DNA of 64,000 nucleotides from the human T2T-CHM13v2.0 reference genome, Homo sapiens, in the NCBI RefSeq assembly GCF_009914755.1, contig NC_060939.1; one strand, given 5' to 3'. The translations under genes and the position numbers were made by a program. The notes below the pieces were generated by a model that saw only the letters and a program-made list of their open reading frames with translations, was not told the origin of the DNA and ran no database searches. This document shows positions 45,403 through 64,000 of this stretch, in pieces; the stretch's first letter is position 1, and each line of letters starts with the position of its first letter.

Positions 45403-46167
45403 ATAGAGTGTCCTACAAACAAGGAAACCCATAAATTCTCTAATAAGAACTTCTTTCTGTCTGTCATTCTTTTCCTGTACTCCCACTCACCATTTTTTTT
45501 TTTTTTACAATGTCATGATTTTTGGTATAAGTTAATGCTCTACTACTGCAATCCAGGCAAATGTACAGGGGATAGTATCTCACCTGAGTGAAGTCCAAAG
45601 GTCAGCATATAGATGAACATTGAATATAATAAAAATTGCCTTTGGAAATCTTTTAGGAAGGCCTCAAGCTGTCCCAATCTTTTAACTCTCACCCAGTTTT
45701 TCCCCTAGCATTAGGACAGATCATTGTTTTTTCAGGTACTATTAATAGTTGGAGAAGTACTTGTTTGTGTTTGGTACAGTATTATAGCAAAATACAAATC
45801 TAAGTTCAGAATCCCCCTCAGCCTGGAGAGATGCCCGACTATGAGAAGCAGAAGGTTCCTGTGGGTGCCTGAGGTTTACACTTCTTGTTCACTTGGGGTG
45901 TACATTCACTGAGTGCCAGAGAGGAGGGCCTTGCCTGCTCTGTTTATTTCTCTCTCTTACCTCCAATCAATTTTTCTCTATTTCCCTAATTTTGTGTTTG
46001 GTAAGTTCCTGTAGTTGTATTTACATACCTTAGTATGTAAAGATCTCTCTCTTCCCCAGATTCTGTAGATATATGATTTGAAAGGTATAACTAAAGGCCA
46101 AAAATGAAATTGCAAAGCTAATGTGAATGTACTTAATGCCACTGAACTGTACACTTAAACATGGTTA

Positions 46168-46377
<210 letters not shown>

Positions 46378-48710
46378 TCAGGAGGCTGAGATGGTAGGAT
46401 GGCTTGAGCCTGAGAGGTCAAGGCTGCAGTGAGCCGTGATTGTGCCCCTGCACTCCAGCCCACACAACAGAGTGAGATCCTGTCTCAAAACAAACAACCA
46501 AACCCAAAAGTTATGTTGTATATTTTTTACCACAATTTTTAAAAGCCATAATGAAGCATACTTACATCTTGTGGGGAGAGAATGTGGGACTCTGACATGA
46601 GACAGAATTGGTGACTGGAAATGTCACAGATTGAGTTCACTCTTTCCAGACTGTGGATGGGGTCATCCCTGCAGCCCTTCTTCTAGCATGTCTCCTTCAG
46701 CTTCCTATTCATTCTGGGGGCTGCTCAATATCCCTCTGACTAAGGCCCCCTTTTTGGGCTGAACTTAGCCAGTTCTTTTTGTTTGCAACCAAAATAGCCC
46801 TAACTGATGCGCTAGGGTTCAGATCCTGGCTCTACCACATTTAAGCGTTTGCTCTTGTGTACATCTTTCTGAATCTTGGTTTTCTCATCTGCAAATTTGT
46901 CATCATAATATCTTCCTTACAGGGTAGAGCCAGGGTAAAAGATAGTATACGTGCCTAGAATTGTAACTCATAGTCCAATGGGGTTAGAAAACTAACAAGG
47001 GCAGTCTCTGGTCCCCTAGTTTACACTGGTGAGTTATTCCACCAGAATGTCAAATGCCTTATGTGGGAAATATGGGAATAATGAGGATTTCGTGTTTGTC
47101 AAATTTCTATTTGCTGCTGCACTTCAACACTGTCTCCTCTATACCGATCTTCCCTCAGGGGTTGAGGGGTAACACCATTCATGACACTACAGCATGAAAT
47201 AATGGGATGAGGGAAGGAGACAAGAATCTATCTCTCTGAAAATGTCTGATCAATGAATAATCAGATGGAAAATGTAAAAAATAAAATTTGTCCAACGGGG
47301 TTTATAGTGAAGTCTTTTAAAATAGCTGACGTTGGCCAGGTGTGGTGGCTCACGCCTGTCATCCCAGCACTTTGGGAGGCCGAGATGGGTGGATCATGAA
47401 GTCAAGGGTTCGAGAGTAACCTGGCCTGCATGATGAAACCCTGTCTCTACTAAAAATACAAAAATTAGCTGGGCGTAGAGGCACACTCCTGTAATCCTAG
47501 CTACTCAGGAAGCTGAGGCAGGAGGATTGGTTGCAGTGAGCTGAGATCATGCCACTGTAACTCCAGCCTGGGGGGACAGAGCGAGACTCCATCTCAGAAA
47601 AAAAAAATTAATTAATTAATTAAATTAAATTAAATAGCTGACACTGGAGAGAATGGCTAATAACTGCTTTAGGATTTAGTTCTATTAAATAATTTTTGTT
47701 TTTTTTTTTTTTGAGACAGAGACTTACTCTGCTGCCCAGGCCCAGGCTGGAGTGCAATGGCACGATCTCAGCTCACTGCAACCTCCGTCTCCCGGGTTCA
47801 AGCGATTCTTTGTGCCTCAGCCTCCCAAGTGGCTGGGATTACAGGCATGTGCCACCACATTTGGCTAATTCTTGTATTTTTGGTAGAGACAGGGTTTCAC
47901 CATGTTGGCCAAGCTGGTCTCGAACCCCTGACCTCAAGTGATCTGTCCACCTCAGCCTCCCAAAGTGCTGGGATTACAGGCGTGAGCCACTGCGCCTGGC
48001 CTTAAATTTGTTTTGATGATTACTTCAGTCCATGTTACATTGTTGTGTATATGATAACGCATGGAATTGTAATGGGATTCTACTGCACTTTACCACACAA
48101 AGCAGGATGGGGATAAAAATGAAAAGACTCAGTAACAAAGCTCTCCAGATGTTGTAGCTTTTATACACTCTTCCTTTGCCCCCCAAATCAACCCTTACTG
48201 CCAATATCAGAATACTTAAAAGTGTTTTCATTGAATTATTTATGTCTTTGTCTTCCTTAGGCTACAAGTGCAAAAAGCTGAATGAAAAATGGAAAGGTTA
48301 CTGCTGAAATATTTACAGATGGAAGGATATGATGTCTAGAATTTGTTTCAAACAGTAAGTATGTGGGTGGGGCAAGTAGCTGGTGATGTAGATGGAATAA
48401 GACTGGTCACAGGTTAATGTTTTAAGGTGCTAGGTACTAGTAGATGGGGTTCATTATTTTATTCTGTCTATTTTGCATATGTTTAAAATTTGTCACAATA
48501 CTTTTTAAAATTGGATAATTACACTACTTAAAATATGCATGTGTGAAGCAAAGACTGAAAGAGAACAAGAAAAATAAAGTTATGTTGGGTTTAGAGTAGC
48601 TGAATTATAGGTGAATTACTTTTTAAAACTTTAATATTATTCTAATTTTATCTTTCAATAAATAAAAATCCGAAGGAAAAACACACACAAAAACTCTTTG
48701 AATGTAAGGA

Positions 48711-48902
48711 CCAGTGGCATGCTGGAGGTGGCTTGTTATCAGCTTGAGAGAACTGATTGTTAAATTTTCAGGAATTTTGCATCCTGGCTAATGTTATGTG
48801 GGCAGCTTGAAATTGACCATGGTAGGAGTATTTATACCTGAAAATTAGCAAACACTACAAATCAGTATTCCCAAAAGCCAGTTGTTAAACATTTGCCATT
48901 TG
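48711..48902 (+). mobile_element. MER63-like hAT element
   Basis: ccagtggcatgctggag...gattgttaaattttcaggaattttgc. Confidence 0.7.
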
Positions 48903-49126
48903 TGGGCTGTATTGTAAAGACTGCATTGTATACTTTTCTACCCCAAATTATCTAAAGGTCCTGAAGTCAATGGGCAGGTACTTACTAATTTATTTTACAC
49001 ATATTTAATGAGGTTCTACCATGGGCAAGAAATCGTGCTAGGCACTTTGGGGAATACAAAGAATTATCTAAGAAAGGAGGAGAGGATATCCTAAAGTTCG
49101 TGTGAGAACATACATGTAAAAAATTA

Positions 49127-49901
<775 letters not shown>

Positions 49902-50127
49902 TAGTGACTTTAGGATCCACCTCAGCTTTCTAAAAAACACTGAATTGTCATGCCAGGTGTGTTGGTATATGCCTGTAATCCCAGCTACTCAGGAGGCTAA
50001 GGTGGGAGGATTTTTTAGTAAGTGAATTGTATCTCAATAAAACTGTTATTAACAAAAGGAAGGAGGTTGGGCATGGTGGCTCACGCCTGTAATCCCAGCA
50101 CTTTGGGAGGCCGAGGCAGGCAGATCA

Positions 50128-50403
<276 letters not shown>

Positions 50404-50612
50404 TCAGCCACTAGTTCTATTTTTAAATTTTAAAAAATGTTTTTCTGGAAGGCCTAGCTAATGCAATAGGACAATAAAAATAACTTTTGAAAGAGAGTTA
50501 AAAACATCATTATTTGGAGGCTATTTGATCTACTGAGAAAATATCAAGAAAGAAAATAATATTAGTTCAGGAGAGTGGCTAAGTGGGTATATACTATACA
50601 TATGTGTGTGTA

Positions 50613-51008
50613 TGTCTTAGTCTTTTTGTGCTGCTATAACAAAATATTGCGAACTGGGTGATTTATAAATAATAGAAATTTCTGTCTCACAGTTCTGAAG
50701 GCTGGGAAGTTCAAGATCAAGGGGCAGGTTTGATGTCTGGTGAGGGCTGCTTTCTCTCCTTTTAAGATGGCGCCTTGTTGCTGTGTCCTCCAGAGGGGAC
50801 AAATGCTTTATCCTCACATGGTAGAAGATGAGAGGGCAGAAAAGCAGCAAACTCTCTCTGAATGAAGCCTCTTTTATAAGGACATTAATCCATTCATGAG
50901 GAGCCCTTATGACTTAATCACCTCCACAGAAGCTTCACCTTTCCGTTCCACCACAATGGGGATTAAGTTTCCACATGAATTTTGGAAACACACGTTCAAA
51001 CCACAGCA
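50613..51008 (-). mobile_element. MST/MLT1A-type MaLR solo LTR
   Basis: tgtcttagtc...gctgctataacaaaat...ctcacagttctg.aggctgggaagttcaagatcaagg...aaaccacagca. Confidence 0.85.
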
Positions 51009-51023
51009 ATATGTTTATAAACA

Positions 51024-51024
<1 letters not shown>

Positions 51025-51053
<29 letters not shown>
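51025..51053 (+). repeat. (CA)n microsatellite
   Basis: Direct reading. Confidence 0.97.
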
Positions 51054-51056
<3 letters not shown>

Positions 51057-51069
51057 CACCCCTCCACAT

Positions 51070-53245
<2,176 letters not shown>

Positions 53246-53267
53246 AAAGAAGGGGAAGGTATCACTT

Positions 53268-54560
<1,293 letters not shown>

Positions 54561-55419
54561 ATGCACTCTGCTGGCATCACATTCTAGGGCTCTCTTTGGA
54601 AATTTGGGAAGAAACTTTTTTTTTTTTTTTTGAGACAGAGTTTCACTCTTGTCACCCATGCTGGAGTGCAGTGGCGCCATCTTGGCTCAATGCAACCTCT
54701 GCCTCGTCCCCCGAGTAGCTGGGATGACAGGCACGCAACACCATGCCTAGCTAGTTTTTGTATTTTTAGTGGAGACGGGGTTTCACCATGTTGGCCAGGC
54801 TAGTCTCGAACTCCTGACCTCCAGTGATCCGCCCGCCTCGGCCTCCCAAAGTGCTGGAATTGTAGGCGTGAGCACTGCACCTAGCCTTGGGGAGAAATTT
54901 TGGCTGTCACAATAATTGGTCATTTACAGAATGTGGGCCAGGGGCATTAGATTTCTGATAATGTATGGGTAAATACATTACAGAATTTTCCCACATTCCG
55001 CACAACTTTTAATGCCCTGCTCGACATTAATGTAGATTTTTAAAAACTTGTGTGTAATAATTTGAGCCTAGCCTCTCATTCCATTTTATATATAAATATA
55101 AACTATTTTTGCATGGTTTTAATATAAACAGAATATCCAGATATGAGGCTAATGAGTAAATTGACAGAAAATAGTATTTAGCTACATTTGGAACTTTACC
55201 AAAAGTTGTTCACTGTTTCAGAAAATCATGTCTTCAACAACCAACACTTGTGGTATTTGAGTCACTGATTTAGCCCTGCATATTGCAATTCACACTGCAT
55301 AATGCAATTCACACTGCATATTTTAACATCTCTGAAATCAGGATGTATCCTACAATCAATGACGTCTACAAAATACACTAGTGAATATTAGTCTGCATTT
55401 GAAGCTGTTGCATTGATTT

Positions 55420-56915
<1,496 letters not shown>

Positions 56916-58256
56916 GTGATTCTGTTAGGTGCAAGTATCTAATTACTTCATTATGTCTTCTATTACACTTGTGCTCAAGCATTTACTTTTTTTTTTTTTT
57001 TTTTTTTTGTAGAGACGAGGTCTTACTACCATAGCCCAGGCTGGGCTCAACTGATCCTCCTGCCTCAGCCTCCCAAAGTGCTGGGATTACAGGTGTGAGC
57101 CACCACGCCCGCCATCAAGCATTTACTTATTGAAACACATATCTTTTTATAATGCATTATTTTCTTATTTATCCTTTATACTTATAGCATTATATTGATT
57201 TTTAAAGTGTGTGCACTCACCTATGCAGCACTCAAAAGGTTCTCTAAAATGATGGTTGACATCTTTCTTCAACTCTGGTGTTTTCCTATGTAACTTTTTC
57301 TAAGTGTAATATGTACTCAACAACTAAAATAGGATGTATGATATGTACATGCCTGCATGGGCATACAAAGACACACATACACATATATAAAATAAAGAAA
57401 ACACTAAAATATCAGCAAGCTTGACTCCCAACTTAAAATTATGTGTGCAGGAAGGTATATCATAAGATAAGATCTATTGATGTCAGGATGGTAAAGACAG
57501 TGTTATGAAACGTTTGTTACAATATCAGGGTTTGGATGTTAGGATTGAGAACCTCAGGGTTAGATAATTCCAGAAGCCACTCCTGGAGCTGTGGGTAGGG
57601 ATAATCCCACCCAAACTGCCTGGCTGTTTTCTGGATGGAAGGGGTGGGGTGGTGCTGGGGAGGAAACCACAATGTTGGCAGCCAGGAGGAAACAAACTTC
57701 ACTTTCCAAGTTTACTGTACTTCTATATTGTTTGTGTTATTTGACTATTTTACAATGACTGTTCATTCCTTTTGTAACAAGCAAGACCAGTAAAGCTTTT
57801 TTTATTTTAAAATCTCCTATAAAATATAGAAAACAGATAAACAAAATAATAAAAATCACCTGTAATCCTATTCTGCAGAAATAACCACTGCTAACATTTT
57901 ATTTTTATAACCTTTTGTTTTCAGGCATGTGTGGACTTACATAGATATTTCAATGATGGCTCTGAATAATAGGAATCATGCAGTTGGAGGTGTCATTTGT
58001 TAAGATTATTCTGGCAGCCACCAGCATGTTGGATTGAAGTGGGAGAAAACTGAGGGTAGGGTTAGGTTGTAACCAAACAGTGGAGAAGGAAATCACACCA
58101 GAGTGGTGGCTATGGGAATGGAAAGAAACATACCAAGAGATATTGTAAAGAAAGGAACCATGGGCTGGGCACAGTGGCTCATGCCTGTAATCCCAGCACT
58201 TTGGGAGGCCAAGGCAGGTGGATCACAAGGTCAGGAGATCGAGACCATCCTGGCTA

Positions 58257-59600
<1,344 letters not shown>

Positions 59601-59635
59601 TATTCCCCTGTTCTAAGCCTTGGCTCCACATCTAG

Positions 59636-59958
<323 letters not shown>

Positions 59959-60958
59959 TAGCCTAAGAAGTATCAGCTTTATCTTCTTTTTGCTCACCTG
60001 ACAATTTAATATTGTGGTATTTTTGTTTTTACATTACCAAAAGGTCTAGTATTTTCTAAATAAATGATTGAGAAACAAAAATGAGACTCTACTAGTTTTT
60101 TTCTCCTCCTTTGAGTGAGCATAGTTCTTATCCACATGGGAGAATGCAGGAACATGATGGAGTCCCACAGAGCCAAGGCCAGTTCACTCCTCTAGGAGGC
60201 AGTAGTAAACACACAGCCATATACAGAGGCACATGGTGGGGGTGTGGGGAAAGGGGAGGAGCTGGCAATCAGTACGTAGCTAAAGAAATGACTCTGTGGT
60301 GGGATTTCAGAGGCCAATGGAGGTGTCTTTTCTGGGCTGGGTGTGGTCAAGGGTGAACAAGCTGATTTTGGTCTTGAAAGCCAGCCAGTCCACAGGAATT
60401 CTGGGAGACTGTCAGGAAAGAGGCAAACAGCCCCCAGAGAGACAGGGATCTTGTGAAGACTAAGGACCTCACAGGAGCCTGTCCCAGTCTTGCACCACTA
60501 TCAGCCCCTTCATCCTAACCTTCTGTTTTTTGTCTTTATTATGATAAAATCTGAGATTTAAGTTCCTTTTAGTTTTCTTTGTGGTAAAATACACATAACA
60601 AAATTTACCATTTTAGCCATTTAAGTGTATAATTCAGTGACATTAGGTACATTTGCAATGCTGTGCAACCATCACCACTACCTCTTTTCTTTTCTTTTGA
60701 GATGGTCTCGCTCTGTCACCCAGGCTAGAGTGCAGTGGTGCGATCTTGGCTGACTGCAACCTCTGCCTCCTGTGTTCAAGCAATTCTCGTGCCTCAGCCA
60801 CCTGAGTAGCTGGGATCACAGGCATGCGCCATCACATCAGCTAATTTTTGTATTTTTAGTAGTGATGGGGTTTTGCCGTGTTGGCCAGGGGTCTCGAACT
60901 CCAGACCTCAAGCAATCCTCCTGCTTTGGCCTCCCAATGTGCTGGGATCGCAGGCTTA

Positions 60959-61367
<409 letters not shown>

Positions 61368-61421
61368 TCAAAGCTGAGAATTTTCCTGATCATGTACACA
61401 ATTTGTCACCTCATAATATAC

Positions 61422-62066
61422 TATATATAATATGGTATTATATAGATTCTAATATATATAATATGGTATTATATAGATTCTGATATATATAATATGGTAT
61501 TATATAGATTCTTATATAATATGGTGTTATATAGATTCTGATATATATAATATGGTGTTATATAGATTCTGATATATATAATATGGTGTTATATAGATTC
61601 TGATATATATAATATGGTGTTATATAGATTCTGATATATATAATATGGTGTTATATAGATTCTGATATATATAATATGGTGTTATATAGATTCTGATATA
61701 TATAATATGGTGTTATATAGATTCTGATATATATAATATGGTGTTATATAGATTCTGATATATATAATATGGTGTTATATAGATTCTGATATATATAATA
61801 TGGTGTTATATAGATTCTAATATATAATATGGTGTTATATAGATTCTAATATATATAATATGGTGTTATATAGATTCTAATATATATAATATGGTATATA
61901 TAGATTCTAATATATATAATATGGTATATATAGATTCTAATATATATAATATGGTATATATAGATTCTAATATATATAATATGGTATATATAGATTCTAA
62001 TATATATAATATGGTATTATATAGATTCTAATATATATAATATGGTATTATAGATTCTAATATATA
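61422..62066 (+). repeat. AT-rich minisatellite, about 21 copies of a 27-31 bp unit (modal 31)
   Basis: Unit atggtgttatatagattctgatatatataat. Confidence 0.97.
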
Positions 62067-63469
62067 TTCTATATAATATAAAAGATAAAAAAGACAAAAG
62101 ACAAATTTCACCTCTTTTTAAATTTTTTACTTATTTTTATTTTATTGGAGACAGGGTCTCGCTCTGTTGCCCAGGCTGGAGTGCAGTCATGCAATCACAG
62201 CTCACTGCAGCCTTGACTTCCCTGGGCTCAGGCTATTCTCCTACCTCAGCCTCCCAAGCAGCTGAGACTACAGGTGAACGCCACCATACTTGGCTATTTT
62301 TTCTTATTTTTAGTAGAGATGGGATTTTGCCATGTTGCCCAGGCAGGTCTCAAACTCCTGAGCTTAGGCAATCTGCCTGCCTTGGCCTCCCAAATTGCTG
62401 GGATTACAGACAGGAGCCACCATGCTGGGCCAAATTTCACTTCATAAGGTTTGTCAACTTTTCTCTCTCAAAAACATTTTTGTTTTTTTTTTTGGAGACA
62501 GAGTCTTGCTCTGTTGCCCAGGTTGCAGTGTGGTGGTATGATCATGGCTCATTGTAACCTTGAACTCCTCGGCTCAAGTGATCCTCCCACCTCAGCCTCC
62601 TGAGTAGCTGGGACTATAGGTACATAGGTGCCATCATGTCTGGCTAATTTCTCCATTTTTTGTAGAGATAGGGGGGGTCTCGCTAGGTTGCCTAGGCTGG
62701 TCTTGAACTCCTGGCATCAAGTGATACTCCTACCTTGGCCTCCCAGGCACAAGCCACCATGCCCCATCTAAAAATTGTATTGTGAAATAAACCTAATACT
62801 ATTACAAAAGTGCATAAAACTGGTATGTAGAGTTTAACACACAGTTATAAAGGGAACAACCCTGTAAAAATCCTTTGAGTTAAGAAATAGAACACTGAGG
62901 CCGGGCGCGGTGGCTCACACCTGTAATCTCAGCACTTTGGGAGGCCGAGGTGGGTGGATCACTTGAGGTCAGGAGTTTGAGATCAGCCTGGCCAACATGG
63001 TGAAACCCTGTCTCTACAAAAATACAAAAATTAGCCCGGTGTGGTGGTGCATGCCTGTAATGCCAGCTACTCAGAAGGCTGAGGCAGGATAATCACTTGA
63101 ACCTGGCAGGCAGAGGTTGCAGTGAGCCGAGTTAGTACCACTGCACTCCAGCCTGGGCGATAAAGAGAGACTCCATCTTGAAAAAAATAAGAAAAAAGAA
63201 AGAAATAGAAGAGTGATAGGTTTATTTAACAAATGGAAGCCACTATGGAAGCTTTCTGTGTCAGGCCGGTGGCCCCCAGGCTCTGCTTTATGGGATACTG
63301 ACGGGAGGAACGTCTGTCCCTGGGCATTCTTCCTGAGACCTAGGGAGTGAGTTCGCTTTCTTCAAATGAGCTAGGACAGGGAGGTGAGGATCATGGCACC
63401 CTGCCCCTTTCCCATCATAGGCTCTGGCCTCGCATCTGGCTAATTCTTAAAATAATAACTCATGGTTCT

Positions 63470-63665
63470 CAACTTTGGTAACTATTAACATTTTGGGCCA
63501 GATAATTCTTTTTGATGGGAGTGCTATCCTGTGTGTTGTAGAACGTTTAGCAGTATCCCTGGTCTCTACTAGATACCAGTAGCACTCCCAAGTAGTGACA
63601 CTAAAAATGTCTCCAGATATTATCAAATGTCTCTGGGGACCAAATTGACCCGTTGAAAATCATTG
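63470..63665. mobile_element. MER20 (hAT-Charlie)
   Basis: ggttctcaac...attttgggccagataattcttt...aaaaatgtctccaga...gttgaaaatcattg. Confidence 0.88.
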
Positions 63666-64000
63666 CATTTGGCCAGGTGCAGTGGCTTATTCCTGTAATC
63701 TCAGCACTTTTGGAGGCTGAGGTGGGAGGATCGCTTGAGCTCAGGAGTTCAAGAACAGCCTGGGCAAAGATGGCAAAACCCCATCTCTACAAATAATACA
63801 AAAATTAGCCAGGTGCGATGGCGCACACCTGTAGTCCCAGCTGCTTGGGAGGTGGAGGTGGAGGTGGGAGAATTGCTTGAGCCCAGCATATGGAGGTTGC
63901 CGTGAGCTGACATCGCACTACTGCACTCCAGCCTGGGTGACGCAGCAAGACCCTGACTCAAAAAAAAAGAGAAAAGAAAATCAATGCATTCATAAATATT

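Noticed and set aside
61422-62066. CRISPR-like periodicity
   Set aside because: Contiguous tandem units without unique spacers, no cas genes, human DNA

Overview
Human genomic DNA (a Yb8-lineage Alu is present), very repeat-dense. By eye there are roughly 90 Alu copies or fragments, plus old L1M/L2/MIR remnants, several solo LTRs (LTR2-family, THE1-type, MER57-like, MST/MLT1), hAT MER elements and a 31-bp minisatellite. No intact protein-coding gene is visible; almost all ORFs in the track are Alu or L1 read-throughs. Recognisable gene-derived sequence is a full-length, Alu-interrupted HNRNPA1 processed pseudogene (- strand, 12145-14993) and a U6 snRNA retrocopy (40856-40985). A repeat-free block at about 2.1-4.5 kb looks like the last exon and 3'UTR of an unidentified + strand gene (inference). 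The most unusual structure is at about 6990-9080: a duplication plus inverted duplication with a fold-back templated junction. Its inverted arms are about 99% identical while the direct copies are only about 93% identical, which suggests ongoing arm-to-arm conversion or inversion. A second theme is repeated re-use of the same retrotransposon target site (triple TSDs at four loci). I see no evidence for a novel coding system. Repeat family names come from recalled consensus sequences and need confirming with RepeatMasker/Dfam.
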